From Bacillus subtilis subsp. subtilis str. 168 (lineage in GTDB: Bacteria; Bacillota; Bacilli; Bacillales; Bacillaceae): 32,000 nucleotides of DNA. Of the stretch, positions 17,464 through 27,903 are shown piece after piece. Made by a program: the position numbers and the translations under genes. The notes under the pieces are model-generated. The model ran no database searches, was not told where the DNA came from, and worked only from the letters and a program-made list of their open reading frames with translations. The DNA is taken from NCBI RefSeq assembly GCF_000009045.1, contig NC_000964.3:4183607-4215606 (forward strand), given 5' to 3'. Position 1 is the stretch's first letter. Each line of letters opens with the position of its first letter.

Positions 17464-19467
17464 TTATGCTTTTTTCAAGCCTACTAAACAGTCAAAAAGC
17501 GTACTTCCCATTCCATTATCAGAATTTGTATCATTTGTCAGTGCATTGACTGACCCTCCAAAAGCCGCCCACATGCCTTCATCTATATTAATCGTCTTCG
17601 CATGAGCCTGCTTCATCACTTTCACCTTGCCCTTCATGCTTCCGCGGTCATTAAAGATGACAACTTCGTCTCCATCCTGAAGATCCTGCCCAGCCGCTAT
17701 ATCTGGAGAAATATCGACCTGAACGTGCTGAAGCTTTTCAATAAACGGCACATGCTGTGAATGATTGGAACGCTGCGGATGAATGGATAAGAGCGTATAA
17801 GGGTACTTTCCAGCTAACTCCTCATTATGGAAAACAGATTCTTCGGGCACATTTAATTGAAGCGAGCCGCTAAATCCTTTTTGCTCAGCTAGCGACGAAG
17901 TAAATTCAAATTTTCCACTCGGCGTCAAAAACTGATAATCATCCCACGGCACCTGTTTTACTGGAAGAGGGAGGTGGCCTTTTTCTTTTAAACGCTCAAG
18001 TGTCACATCCTCTGCTTCCAATGAAGAAAGCCCCATCTCTAAAAATTCTTGAGTGCTGTATTCAAACAGCTCGCCAAACCCAAGACGTTTTGCAAGCTCT
18101 GACCAGATCCAGCTGTCCGATTTCGCTTCACCCTGCGGCTCCACAAGCTTCTTCCCGTACTGAACATAATGATGATACATACTGGAATAGTAGATATCTT
18201 CTTCTTCAAAAACAGTGGCAGTCGGCAAAACATAATCACACAGCTCTGCGGTATCCGTCATAATGGAATCAATCGCGACCGTCATTGGAACCTTTTCAAA
18301 TGCTTGTCTCACCTTATTTGTATTCGGCACCTGAGTCAGCGGATTTCCGCACGTCACAATAATCATCTCAATCGCAGGATCAGCAGCGGTCAACACTTCT
18401 TCAGCCTGTGTCATCATTGAAAAAGAACGGGATGTTGTTTTTAATTCCGGCAGCGTCAGCTTTGTTTTTGCAAAGCTCTCACCAATCTGGACATTTCCGA
18501 AATTCGCGCCGCCGCCCTTAATTCCGACATTTCCGCTTGCCGCCACAAGTGCATCAATCCAACGAATCGTTCCCCCGCCGTTTTTATATCGCTGCATGCC
18601 AAGCCCCATAAAAGTAGACACCGGACCATCAGCATACAAACCTGCCAAATACTCCAGCTCCTCCATAGAAGTTTCTGTTTTCACAATAAACTCTTCCAGA
18701 GAAACGGTCTTCAAAAGCTCTTTCACATCATCAAAACCGACAGAATGCTCAGAAATAAACGTTTCATCCGTTCTTCCCATCTCAATCAGAACCTTCAAAA
18801 CGGCTGCCGCAAGCCAGCCGTCCATTCCAGGCTTTACAGAGATATAGCGGTCGGCAAGCTTAGCAGTCGGGTTGAAGATCGGATCAATCACCGTAATCGT
18901 GGCGCCCTTCTTTTTCACCTGCTGCAAGTGATGGTATAAGTGCATATTTGTTCTTGATACATTTCTTCCCCACACAACAACATGCTTGCTGTTGTAAATA
19001 TCAAGCGGTCCGTGACCGTACGAACGGCCAAAATCCCAGCTTTGCGCCTCGATACCGGAGCCCCAGCATATGCTTCCGACGATTTCGGTCACGCCGCCAT
19101 ATCCATTAAAAAAACGCTGATCAAGCGCTTTTAACAGACCGTTATTCGCATAATCATGGCTGTGCAAAACAGCAGTCGTCTCCGACGTTTCCTTGATTTC
19201 CCGAAGTTTATCGGCAATTTCATCAAGTGCCTGCTCCCAAGAAATCCGCACAAACTCGCCATTTTGTTTTTTCATTGGATAGCGAAGCCGATCAGGCGAA
19301 TTTGTTTTTGTCTCAAGCATTCTGCCGCGGCCGCAGATTTTACCTTCCGTAATCGGATGGTTTGGATCTCCGTCCACTTTTGTTACCTTTCCATCATCAA
19401 CAGTCACCAAAAAGCCGCAGCTGTCCCAACAATTCAGCGGACATGCCGACTGATGCACTTTGCTCAT
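17464..19467 (-). CDS. yyaE: Molybdopterin (bis-MGD) oxidoreductase, formate-dehydrogenase-alpha-like
   Basis: AAGGAGAAG RBS precedes the ATG at 19467, giving 667 aa. N-terminal Fe-S cysteine cluster SACPLNCWDSCG...ICGRG, followed by MopB and C-terminal molybdopterin-binding regions. Confidence 0.85.
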   Translation of the reverse strand: MSKVHQSACPLNCWDSCGFLVTVDDGKVTKVDGDPNHPITEGKICGRGRMLETKTNSPDRLRYPMKKQNGEFVRISWEQALDEIADKLREIKETSETTAVLHSHDYANNGLLKALDQRFFNGYGGVTEIVGSICWGSGIEAQSWDFGRSYGHGPLDIYNSKHVVVWGRNVSRTNMHLYHHLQQVKKKGATITVIDPIFNPTAKLADRYISVKPGMDGWLAAAVLKVLIEMGRTDETFISEHSVGFDDVKELLKTVSLEEFIVKTETSMEELEYLAGLYADGPVSTFMGLGMQRYKNGGGTIRWIDALVAASGNVGIKGGGANFGNVQIGESFAKTKLTLPELKTTSRSFSMMTQAEEVLTAADPAIEMIIVTCGNPLTQVPNTNKVRQAFEKVPMTVAIDSIMTDTAELCDYVLPTATVFEEEDIYYSSMYHHYVQYGKKLVEPQGEAKSDSWIWSELAKRLGFGELFEYSTQEFLEMGLSSLEAEDVTLERLKEKGHLPLPVKQVPWDDYQFLTPSGKFEFTSSLAEQKGFSGSLQLNVPEESVFHNEELAGKYPYTLLSIHPQRSNHSQHVPFIEKLQHVQVDISPDIAAGQDLQDGDEVVIFNDRGSMKGKVKVMKQAHAKTINIDEGMWAAFGGSVNALTNDTNSDNGMGSTLFDCLVGLKKA

Positions 19468-19493
19468 CGCCGTCTTCTCCTTACCTTCTATAT

Positions 19494-19540
19494 GAAAAAG
19501 CATGAGTGTCGGCCTATTTATGAAGTAGGCTCCTCATGCT
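19494..19540 (-). terminator. Terminator/attenuator-like hairpin spanning the yyzM stop codon
   Basis: AGCATGAG (19499-19506) pairs with CTCATGCT (19533-19540), with inner GCCT/AGGC pairing. On the minus strand TTTT follows, and the yyaE RBS starts about 15 nt later. Confidence 0.4.
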
Positions 19541-19724
19541 TGACTAGTACTTTTTTTAGTTTTCTTTCAAATTCTCTTCTCGGAATCATAACACTGTGAG
19601 AGCATCCCTCACACTTAATTCGAATATCCATTCCCATGCGTATAATTTTCCAGCTGTTCGCTCCGCATGGATGCGGTTTTTTCATTTCTACGATATCATT
19701 CAGGCCAAAGTCTTTATCCGCCAA
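19518..19724 (-). CDS. yyzM: Small DUF951-family protein
   Basis: 68-aa ORF with a TTG start after AGAGGTGAAGGG. Cys/His pattern HPCG...CEGCSH. Confidence 0.7.
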   Translation of the reverse strand: MADKDFGLNDIVEMKKPHPCGANSWKIIRMGMDIRIKCEGCSHSVMIPRREFERKLKKVLVKHEEPTS

Positions 19725-19817
19725 GACCCTTCACCTCTTTTCCTAAACTGCTGTATCTATTGTACAAAAAAACTGATCATAAGAGCAATCAAGATACCCG
19801 AAAAGAAATACATCCTC

Positions 19818-20816
19818 TTATTTCCATTTACTCAAAATAGGATATAAGAGCAGACAAACTAACAAATACAAATTGAGCATCCCATATATCGGATACAAGA
19901 ACGCGATCAAATCAGAAAATCCGAAAGAAGTAAAAGGTACCATTAACACTAACAAAATCAACACAATCATCCATCTCGGCATATGAATAAACGCCATCAG
20001 CCGGCTGGACAAACCCAGCAAACCAGCTACCGTCGTCGTGTAAATCGCCAGGCACAGCACCGCCGTCATACATAAAAAAAGGAAATAAGGCGCACCCTCC
20101 AGAACGGCAAACAGCGGTATTTCAAACTGAGAAAGGGAGCCCGCCAGCTCCACCAACGTTTCATTATAAACAAATGAGATCACGCCAAAAATAAGACCGC
20201 TTGCCACACTTGCGATTTTTGCTTCTCCGAGCCCTTTCATCTCTTTCCCAACAGAGGATAAAATCGCAACAACTGAAAGGATGTTTAAAGAGGTAAACGT
20301 AATGCTCGCAGGCCAGTTATACTGCTGGGACAAATCAATCGTCCACGTATGGTGATGTGTGCTCTGAAAGGAGATCAGCGCATATAAAAGCCCCGCTACT
20401 AACACAGGAATCAAAATACTATTTATAGATAATATTCCTTTCACATCCCACAAAAACAAGCACACTGTCACGATGCAAATCAGCGTGATTCCCCACCAGA
20501 AAGGAAGCTTGTACATTTGCAGGGTCACACCGCCTCCGGCAATCATCACCATAGTCGTCGAAAACAAATAAAAAATGATGAGGACATCATAAATTTTCGC
20601 CAGCCATGGCCCCATTAAATGCTCCAGAACCGGCAGAAAATGAGTGGATTGAACCTTAAAACTGATTTTCATCACAATATAAGACGAGAAAATGAACATA
20701 ATTGTAAACAGCACAATAGCAAGTCCGCTTTCCGCCCCAAAAAACTGCCATATCTCCTGACCGCTCGCATATCCGGCCCCGATCAGGCTCCCTAATATGA
20801 GCAGCATCCACTTCAT
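19818..20816 (-). CDS. yyaD: Polytopic membrane protein, function unknown (YkvI-like by recollection)
   Basis: Hydrophobic ORF. The track start at 20903 has no RBS, whereas GGAGAG precedes the ATG at 20816 (MKWMLLILGSLIGAGYASGQEIW...). Confidence 0.8.
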   Translation of the reverse strand: MKWMLLILGSLIGAGYASGQEIWQFFGAESGLAIVLFTIMFIFSSYIVMKISFKVQSTHFLPVLEHLMGPWLAKIYDVLIIFYLFSTTMVMIAGGGVTLQMYKLPFWWGITLICIVTVCLFLWDVKGILSINSILIPVLVAGLLYALISFQSTHHHTWTIDLSQQYNWPASITFTSLNILSVVAILSSVGKEMKGLGEAKIASVASGLIFGVISFVYNETLVELAGSLSQFEIPLFAVLEGAPYFLFLCMTAVLCLAIYTTTVAGLLGLSSRLMAFIHMPRWMIVLILLVLMVPFTSFGFSDLIAFLYPIYGMLNLYLLVCLLLYPILSKWK

Positions 20817-20958
20817 TCCGGCTCTCCACAACACTATCACCTCATAGACAAAGTTCAGCTTGTTCCCGTTATTGTTACTATATAAATAAAGGAAAGCAAA
20901 CATGCCATATTTTCATAGACATTTGAACACAAGCTGAAATTATCATACGAAATACACA

Positions 20959-20985
20959 TAAAAAAGACTGCTAATACGGCAGTCT
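20959..20985 (-). terminator. Orphan hairpin with T-run on the minus strand (AGACTGC-7 nt-GCAGTCT)
   Basis: Read directly. No annotated minus-strand gene lies upstream of it within the yyaD-yyaC gap. Confidence 0.4.
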
Positions 20986-21018
20986 AAAAAGAGATATTTA
21001 TTTGTTTGTCCGCGGAAT

Positions 21019-21048
21019 GAAGAAGTGAACTTCACTCTTCACTTTTTT
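21019..21048 (+). terminator. Orphan hairpin with T6 run on the plus strand (GAAG-A-AGTGA / TCACT-CTTC, then ACTTTTTT)
   Basis: Read directly. No annotated plus-strand gene lies upstream of it within the yyaD-yyaC gap. Confidence 0.5.
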
Positions 21049-21293
21049 CTAACCATTCCTACCTATTCAAGTGTTTCATAAGCAGACCATTGCTTGATCA
21101 TGATCGAGGCAATGGGGGACAATACTTGTAATCGCCCACTAACCATTCATATCATGCCCTCTACTTTTTTAAAATCTCTGGTGCCATACACAAAGCATAA
21201 AAAATCATACTGCTGGATATACTGTAAACAACCTTACATAACTACACACACCATAGCAATTCTGTTACCTACTATAACAAGGAAGTGAAACCC

Positions 21294-21911
21294 ATGAATC
21301 GAAAAGGCGGGCTTTTTTCTTCTCAGGAACGAGTAAAGCAATATGTTTCACATACAGATGCTGCAGCGGCAAAACAAATCCAAACCATCCTTTCTTCATC
21401 CTTACGTAAAGCTGCTGGCAAACCAATTGTCGTGGTTTGTATCGGAACAGACCGTTCAACCGGTGACTCATTAGGCCCGCTCGTAGGAATGAAACTCAAA
21501 CAGATGCAGCTCACCAGATTCCATGTCTACGGAACCTTATCTGACCCCGTCCATGCTGTGAACATGAAGGATAAAATCAATGACATTCATAAATTACATA
21601 AAAACCCATTTGTTATAGCAGTCGATGCATGCTTAGGCCGCGTTAAGAGTGTGGGTTCATTTCAAATCGGGGACGGGCCATTAAAGCCCGGAGCCGGTGT
21701 ACAAAAAGACCTTCCTGAAGTGGGAGATCTTCATATTAACGGAATCGTGAATGTGAGCGGTTTTATGGAATATTTTGTATTGCAAAATACTAGACTCAAC
21801 TTGGTCATGAATATGGCAAATGTTCTAGCGGAAGGTTTGAGTTTAACAGATCGGACAGAGTGGAGGCAAGAACGCCTTAACCCGTTGCAAAGGCTCACTG
21901 GGCGCATATAA
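21294..21911 (+). CDS. yyaC: Sporulation protein YyaC (GPR-endopeptidase-like fold)
   Basis: AAGGAAGTG RBS precedes the ATG at 21294, giving 205 aa. The stretch VVCIGTDRSTGDSLGPLVG is typical of the YyaC/GPR family. Confidence 0.85.
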   Translation: MNRKGGLFSSQERVKQYVSHTDAAAAKQIQTILSSSLRKAAGKPIVVVCIGTDRSTGDSLGPLVGMKLKQMQLTRFHVYGTLSDPVHAVNMKDKINDIHKLHKNPFVIAVDACLGRVKSVGSFQIGDGPLKPGAGVQKDLPEVGDLHINGIVNVSGFMEYFVLQNTRLNLVMNMANVLAEGLSLTDRTEWRQERLNPLQRLTGRI

Positions 21912-21914
21912 AAT

Positions 21915-21946
21915 AAAAACCATCTTCGTTTGAAAGATGGTTTTTT
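21915..21946. terminator. Bidirectional terminator between convergent yyaC and spo0J
   Basis: AAAAACCATCTT-7 nt-AAGATGGTTTTT, with A- and T-runs on either side. Confidence 0.7.
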
Positions 21947-21949
21947 CAT

Positions 21950-22798
21950 TTATGATTCTCGTTCAGACAAAAGCTCTAAAATCCGGTCAAGGTCTTCATT
22001 AGAGAAAAATTCAATTTCGATTTTGCCTTTTTTCTTCTGTCTTTTAATATTAACTGTTGTTCCAAAATAATTTTGGAGATAGGATTCCCGTTCTTTTAGA
22101 ACCGCATCTTTCACAGGTTCTTTTTTCTTTGTTTCACGTGGAACATTCTGATTCAACTGCTGAATCAGCTGCTCAAGTTGGCGAACATTGAGCTGCTCCG
22201 CAATCACTTTTTGTACCAGCGGTTCAAGCTTATTTTTGTTTTTTAAGCCAAGAAGCGTGCGTCCATGTCCCATAGAAAGCGTGCCTTCGGCAATAAGCTG
22301 TTGAATATTTTCTGGCAGTGTCAGCAGTCTTAAATGATTCGCAATATGCGGTCTGCTTTTCCCAAGACGTTTGGCAAGCTGCTCTTGTGTGAGATCTAAG
22401 TGTTTCAAAAGGGAGTCATATGCCTGAGCCTCTTCAAGCGGAGATAAATCTTCACGCTGAAGGTTTTCTAATAAAGCAATTTCCCTCATTAACGCCTCTG
22501 ATAATTCACGGACAATGGCCGGAACTGTATCTAAACCTGCCAGCTTTGCCGCTCGAAAACGCCGTTCACCCGCAACAATATCATAGCCTTTTAAAGATTT
22601 TCTGACGATAAGCGGCTGAAGAATGCCATGCTGCAGCACAGATTCTTTTAGTTCAGCTAATGCCTCGTCATCAAAGTGTTTTCTTGGCTGATAAGGATTA
22701 GGGCGTAAATCGGCAATTTTAATTTCTTCAACTGTCTCTTCAGACAAATCTACCTGATTAAATAACGCATTAATCCCTTTTCCAAGGCCTTTAGCCAT
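21950..22798 (-). CDS. spo0J: ParB-family chromosome partitioning/condensin-loading protein Spo0J
   Basis: 282 aa with the ParB box GERRFRAA and an HTH region. Start overlaps the soj stop. Confidence 0.95.
   Translation of the reverse strand: MAKGLGKGINALFNQVDLSEETVEEIKIADLRPNPYQPRKHFDDEALAELKESVLQHGILQPLIVRKSLKGYDIVAGERRFRAAKLAGLDTVPAIVRELSEALMREIALLENLQREDLSPLEEAQAYDSLLKHLDLTQEQLAKRLGKSRPHIANHLRLLTLPENIQQLIAEGTLSMGHGRTLLGLKNKNKLEPLVQKVIAEQLNVRQLEQLIQQLNQNVPRETKKKEPVKDAVLKERESYLQNYFGTTVNIKRQKKKGKIEIEFFSNEDLDRILELLSERES
22130..22145. other. parS: parS centromere-like site TGTTTCACGTGGAACA (reverse complement TGTTCCACGTGAAACA) inside spo0J
   Basis: Exact 16-bp near-palindrome read directly. 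It matches the known B. subtilis parS consensus, and its location within spo0J is the known one. Confidence 0.9.
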
Positions 22799-23552
22799 TC
22801 GCAGCCACTTCCTTTGCTAAATCTAAATATACTTCCGCACCTCTTGACCGCGGATCGTATAAAATGATGGGTTTTCCGTGACTCGGTGCCTCACTCAGAC
22901 GGACATTACGCGGAATAACTGTCTTATATACTTTATCCCTAAAATACTTTTTAACCTCTTCAATCACTTGAATGCCAAGGTTTGTCCGGGCATCAAGCAT
23001 TGTCAGCAATACACCTTCAATCATTAAATCAGTATTCAAATGCTTTTGCACAAGACGTACTGTATTTAATAACTGGCTGAGACCCTCCAAGGCATAATAT
23101 TCGCACTGTACAGGAATCACAACGGAATCCGAGGCAGTAAGGGCATTAATCGTCAGCAAGCCCAATGACGGCGGACAATCAATGATAATATAATCATAAT
23201 TTTGCTTTACTGCTTCAAGCGCTCTCTTCAATCTCACTTCTCTTGATATTGTAGGAACCAGCTCGATCTCAGCCCCTGCAAGCTGAATCGTCGCAGGAAT
23301 CACATCCAAGTTCTCTACTGTCGTTGCTTTAATAATATCTATTACATCTGCATCATCTACTAAAATATCGTACACACACTGCTCTACATCGGCTTTTTCA
23401 ATCCCTAATCCGCTTGTCGCATTTCCCTGCGGATCAATATCTACCAGCAGAACCCTTTTCCCTATGTAAGCCAAACATGCCCCAAGGTTGACAGACGTCG
23501 TTGTTTTGCCGACCCCGCCTTTTTGGTTCGTAATTGCTATGATTTTTCCCAC
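22791..23552 (-). CDS. soj: ParA/MinD-family ATPase Soj
   Basis: The track ORF is extended by 6 codons. The GTG at 23552 gives the 253-aa [19 protein letters not shown]... with the deviant Walker A motif. Confidence 0.95.
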   Translation of the reverse strand: MGKIIAITNQKGGVGKTTTSVNLGACLAYIGKRVLLVDIDPQGNATSGLGIEKADVEQCVYDILVDDADVIDIIKATTVENLDVIPATIQLAGAEIELVPTISREVRLKRALEAVKQNYDYIIIDCPPSLGLLTINALTASDSVVIPVQCEYYALEGLSQLLNTVRLVQKHLNTDLMIEGVLLTMLDARTNLGIQVIEEVKKYFRDKVYKTVIPRNVRLSEAPSHGKPIILYDPRSRGAEVYLDLAKEVAANG

Positions 23553-23799
23553 GATGTCACCTACTTTCACATGAACATGTACTATCTTGCTTCTATTCTA
23601 TCAAAAAAAGATTAAAGCGTTTCATTTTTTTCATCATTTTGTTCCGAATCAGAAGGGAAATAATTGAAAATTCAAGCACGCTTTATGCTTTCTCTTATAA
23701 ATTCTGCAATTTCTATGTTTTTTTGACTTAAAAAAGGAATTTCTTAAAGAAAAAAAGAAGAAGTCACAGTACAGAACGTGGAAACAGGATGGTGAGAAA

Positions 23800-24240
23800 A
23801 TGGTTTATCAAACGAAGAGAGATGTACCCGTTACGCTGATGATTGTGTTTCTCATATTACTGATACAAGCAGATGCCATTGTTCCTTTTGTGCTGGGAAA
23901 TATGAGAGTTTCCGGCTGGATCATTTTTATTCTGCTGACTCTTTTAAATGGACTCATCATTTGGAGCTTTATTGACCTAAAATATGTATTGAAGGAACAC
24001 CATCTGATCATTAAAGCCGGATTGATCAAACATCAAATTCCTTATGAAAACATCGATAAAGTCGTTCAAAAAAAGAAACTATGGTCCGGTTTTCGTCTGA
24101 TCGGCTCTCGCCATGCCATCACAATATATTATCAGGGGGGATGGGGACATGCAGTAATTTCACCGCAAAAATCTGAAGAATTTATCCACAAGCTCAAAGA
24201 AAAGAATTCTAATATAATAATATTCACTAAAAGTAAGTGA
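23800..24240 (+). CDS. yyaB: Membrane-anchored bacterial PH-domain (bPH) protein
   Basis: 146-aa ORF with two N-terminal TM helices and then a small beta-rich domain (HHLIIKAGLIKHQIPYENIDKV...AITIYY). Confidence 0.75.
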   Translation: MVYQTKRDVPVTLMIVFLILLIQADAIVPFVLGNMRVSGWIIFILLTLLNGLIIWSFIDLKYVLKEHHLIIKAGLIKHQIPYENIDKVVQKKKLWSGFRLIGSRHAITIYYQGGWGHAVISPQKSEEFIHKLKEKNSNIIIFTKSK

Positions 24241-24263
24241 TTACCTTTTGTTAAAAATATAAA

Positions 24264-24290
24264 AAGCTCTCCTGCTTTTCAGGAGAGCTT
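24264..24290. terminator. Bidirectional terminator between convergent yyaB and noc
   Basis: AAGCTCTCCTG-5 nt-CAGGAGAGCTT, a perfect 11-bp stem. Confidence 0.7.
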
Positions 24291-25142
24291 CTATTTTGGT
24301 ATGCGAATCGTTAATTGAATATATTCTTCAAATTCTTCTTCTTCCGTATTCAATTTTACACCGCTGTCTTCCACCATTGATAGTGACTGGCGAATCGTGT
24401 TCATCGCAATTCTTGTATCTCTGCTGAATGCTTTGCGTCTCGGCTTTGGCTTTCTCTGGCCTTGCTCCAGCATTTTCACCACGCGGTCTTCTGTCTGCTT
24501 TACATTTAAACTTTTCTCAATAATCTCTGTGAGCAGTGTGACTTGGAGCTCAGGCTGTTTCAGCGGAATCAGTGCTCTGGCATGGCGCTCGGTGATTTTC
24601 TTCTCCATAATCGCCTCTTGGACCGGCTGAGGCAGCTTTAATAACCGAAGCTTATTCGCGATTGTAGACTGCCCTTTTCCTAAGCGCTGTGCGAGTGCCT
24701 CCTGTGTTAAATCATGCAGCTCAAGCAGCCTAGCATAAGCATGCGCTTCCTCAATAGAAGACAGTTCTTCCCGCTGCAAGTTTTCGATTAACGCCACAGA
24801 AGCGGTTTCCGTGTCGGAAAAATCCTTAATAATTGCCGGAATCTTTTCCCACTCAAGCGATTGCACCGCTCTCCAGCGTCTTTCACCTGCAATGAGTTCG
24901 TATTGGCCTTCTTCTTCTGTATGCCTAACAACAATCGGCTGAATAATGCCGTGTGTATGAATGGTCATTGCTAACTCTTTGATTTTTTCATCTGAGAAAA
25001 TGGTGCGTGGCTGAAAACGGTTGGGAACGATAGCATTTACCGGTATTTCCAGAATCTCTTCTTTGTTTGTATCATGTTCAGCAATCTCCGGCTCCTGTTC
25101 CTTCTCACCAAGCCCGAAGAAACGAGAGAATGAATGCTTCAT
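24291..25142 (-). CDS. noc: Nucleoid occlusion protein Noc (ParB paralogue)
   Basis: 283 aa with the N-terminal amphipathic [12 protein letters not shown], the ParB box GERRWRAV, and clear similarity to Spo0J across the central region. Confidence 0.95.
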   Translation of the reverse strand: MKHSFSRFFGLGEKEQEPEIAEHDTNKEEILEIPVNAIVPNRFQPRTIFSDEKIKELAMTIHTHGIIQPIVVRHTEEEGQYELIAGERRWRAVQSLEWEKIPAIIKDFSDTETASVALIENLQREELSSIEEAHAYARLLELHDLTQEALAQRLGKGQSTIANKLRLLKLPQPVQEAIMEKKITERHARALIPLKQPELQVTLLTEIIEKSLNVKQTEDRVVKMLEQGQRKPKPRRKAFSRDTRIAMNTIRQSLSMVEDSGVKLNTEEEEFEEYIQLTIRIPK

Positions 25143-25263
25143 GTACCTACACCACCTTTAAAAACTGCCATTTTTATAATTCTATTTTCTCATGGTTTTT
25201 CCTGCTGTACATCCATCAATTTTGATGAAAATATGATGGTATTGTCATATCAGGCTGTCTAAA

Positions 25264-25983
25264 TTACCCTTCAATTGGCGATTTATTAGGAGTTCCCGGT
25301 TTTCTTGGATACTTCTTAGGTGTATTTTTTATTTTGCGTATCACCATAATATTACGATCGCTTTCTTCAATAGGCAGCTTAAAAGAATGGATATTCTCAA
25401 GTTCTCCTCCAAGCGTCGTGATTGCTTTTTTGCCTGCATTCAGTTCTTCTTCAGCTGATGCGGCTTTTAAAGCAACAAATAAACCGTTTTTCTTCACCAG
25501 AGGCAAGCAAAGCTCACTCAAAACAGATAATCTCGCAACTGCGCGCGCCGTCACAATATCATAGCTTTCACGCACGTCTTTCCGTTGCCCGAACGTTTCA
25601 GCTCTGTCATGGCAGAATGTTGTATTCTCCAATTGCAAAGCTTCAGACAACTTTTCTAAAAACGTAATCCGTTTGTTTAGTGAATCCACGATTGTGACAT
25701 GGAGGTGCGGAAAGCATATTTTTATCGGCAGACTTGGAAAACCCGCTCCCGCTCCAACATCACAAATCGTGTTCACCTGATTGAAGTCGACATAAAAAGC
25801 AGCTGTAATGGAATCATAAAAATGCTTTAAATACACTTCTTTTTTCTCTGTTATTGAAGTCAGATTGATTTTTTCGTTCCATTCAACCAGCATGTCGTAA
25901 TACAGCTCAAATTGCTCCAGCTGACGGGGAGAAAGGGAGATCCCTTTTTCCGCCAAACCAGAAGTGAATTCTTCAATATTCAT
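25264..25983 (-). CDS. rsmG: 16S rRNA m7G methyltransferase RsmG (GidB)
   Basis: 239 aa with the SAM-binding motif [15 protein letters not shown]. Confidence 0.95.
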   Translation of the reverse strand: MNIEEFTSGLAEKGISLSPRQLEQFELYYDMLVEWNEKINLTSITEKKEVYLKHFYDSITAAFYVDFNQVNTICDVGAGAGFPSLPIKICFPHLHVTIVDSLNKRITFLEKLSEALQLENTTFCHDRAETFGQRKDVRESYDIVTARAVARLSVLSELCLPLVKKNGLFVALKAASAEEELNAGKKAITTLGGELENIHSFKLPIEESDRNIMVIRKIKNTPKKYPRKPGTPNKSPIEG

Positions 25984-25996
25984 GCCGTCATCCTTT

Positions 25997-27883
25997 CTAC
26001 TCGGCTATCTTCGCAATGCGTCCCTGCTCTAAATACACCAATAGAATTGAAATGTCCGCCGGGTTTACACCGGAAATGCGGGAAGCCTGGGCAACAGACA
26101 AAGGCCGTACATTTTTCAGTTTTTGACGCGCCTCGGTCGCAATCCCCTTAATTGCGTCATAATCAATTCGGTCTGGAATTTTTTTATTTTCCATCTTCTT
26201 CAGTTTTTCCACTTGCTGAAGAGATTTTTCAATATATCCTTCATATTTCACTTGGATTTCTACTTGTTCTGCCACGTCTTGAGGAACCGGCACTTCTGGC
26301 GGCGCCAGTTTTGTGACTGTTTCATAGTTCATTTCAGGACGTTTCATCAAGTCTGTGCCGCGAACTCCATCTTTCAATTCGCTTCCGCCAAGAGAACGGA
26401 TATATTCTTGATTTTCCGGAGACGGCTTGATAATTACAGAATGAAGACGTTTTTTCTCCGCCTCGATCGCCGCTTTTTTCTTCTCAAAAGCCGCATAGCG
26501 CTCATCAGAAATCAATCCAATGCGATGTCCGATTTCTGTCAGACGCAAATCAGCATTGTCATGGCGAAGCAGCAATCTGTATTCCGCACGTGATGTCAAA
26601 AGACGATATGGCTCATTGGTACCTTTTGTCACAAGGTCATCAATCAGAACACCAATATAGGCGTCAGAACGGCTTAGAATTACTTCTTCTTTTCCAAGCG
26701 CTTTTCGTCCTGCATTGATTCCCGCCATAATCCCTTGTCCCGCAGCTTCTTCATAACCGGATGTTCCGTTAATTTGGCCTGCAGTATAAAGGTTTGTGAT
26801 TTTTTTGGTTTCAAGTGTCGGCCATAGCTGTGTCGGTACGATTGCATCATACTCGATCGCATAGCCGGCTCTCATCATTTGCACGTTTTCAAGTCCAGGA
26901 ATCGTTGCAAGCATTCTTTGCTGTACGTCTTCTGGAAGACTTGTAGATAAACCTTGGACATAGACTTCCTGTGTATTTCTGCCTTCCGGCTCAAGGAAGA
27001 TTTGGTGACGCGGTTTATCATTAAAACGGACAACTTTGTCTTCAATGGATGGGCAGTATCTTGGGCCCGTACCTTTGATCATACCGGAATACATCGGTGA
27101 ACGGTGCAGGTTGCTGTCAATAATCTCATGTGTCTCAGGGCTTGTATATGTCAGCCAGCAAGGGAGCTGATCTGTGATATATTCCACTGTTTCATATGAG
27201 AAAGCGCGAGGCACATCGTCACCAGGCTGAATTTCCGTTTTGCTGTAATCAATCGTGTCGCTTTTAACGCGAGGCGGCGTACCTGTTTTAAAACGAACAA
27301 GGTCAAAACCGAGTTCCTCCAAATGCTCAGAAAGCTTAATAGAAGGCTGCTGGTTATTCGGGCCGCTTGAGTAAGACAGATCGCCAAGAATGATACGTCC
27401 TCTTAAATATGTCCCTGTCGTCATGACAACTGCTTTCGCACGATAATGTGCGCCTGTTTGTGTAATAACGCCTCGGCATTCGCCGTCTTCAACGATCAGC
27501 CGCTCCACAATTCCTTGCAGCAATGTTAAGTTTGGTTCTTTTTCAAGCGTATTTTTCATTTCGTGCTGATATTGGAATTTGTCTGCTTGCGCACGCAATG
27601 CACGAACCGCAGGACCTTTTCCTGTATTCAGCATTCTCATTTGAATATGTGTTTTATCGATGTTTCTTCCCATTTCTCCGCCGAGCGCGTCAATTTCGCG
27701 GACGACAATCCCTTTTGCGGGGCCGCCGACAGACGGATTACATGGCATAAATGCAACCATATCTAGGTTGATGGTCAAGACAAGCGTTTTGGCGCCTTGG
27801 CGTGCAGATGCGAGGGCAGCCTCAACACCGGCATGCCCGGCGCCAATCACAATCACATCGTATTGGCCTGCTTCATACCCCAT
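25997..27883 (-). CDS. mnmG: tRNA uridine-5-carboxymethylaminomethyl modification enzyme MnmG (GidA)
   Basis: 628 aa with the FAD-binding motif [15 protein letters not shown]. Confidence 0.95.
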   Translation of the reverse strand: MGYEAGQYDVIVIGAGHAGVEAALASARQGAKTLVLTINLDMVAFMPCNPSVGGPAKGIVVREIDALGGEMGRNIDKTHIQMRMLNTGKGPAVRALRAQADKFQYQHEMKNTLEKEPNLTLLQGIVERLIVEDGECRGVITQTGAHYRAKAVVMTTGTYLRGRIILGDLSYSSGPNNQQPSIKLSEHLEELGFDLVRFKTGTPPRVKSDTIDYSKTEIQPGDDVPRAFSYETVEYITDQLPCWLTYTSPETHEIIDSNLHRSPMYSGMIKGTGPRYCPSIEDKVVRFNDKPRHQIFLEPEGRNTQEVYVQGLSTSLPEDVQQRMLATIPGLENVQMMRAGYAIEYDAIVPTQLWPTLETKKITNLYTAGQINGTSGYEEAAGQGIMAGINAGRKALGKEEVILSRSDAYIGVLIDDLVTKGTNEPYRLLTSRAEYRLLLRHDNADLRLTEIGHRIGLISDERYAAFEKKKAAIEAEKKRLHSVIIKPSPENQEYIRSLGGSELKDGVRGTDLMKRPEMNYETVTKLAPPEVPVPQDVAEQVEIQVKYEGYIEKSLQQVEKLKKMENKKIPDRIDYDAIKGIATEARQKLKNVRPLSVAQASRISGVNPADISILLVYLEQGRIAKIAE

Positions 27884-27903
27884 GATTCTAGTTCCTCCTT
27901 TAA

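Noticed and set aside
21094-21288. 64-aa ORF in the yyaD-yyaC gap, and the antisense ORF 21265..21471
   Set aside because: Neither has a Shine-Dalgarno, both have odd composition, and the second overlaps yyaC antisense. The region is kept only as a possible non-coding RNA locus.
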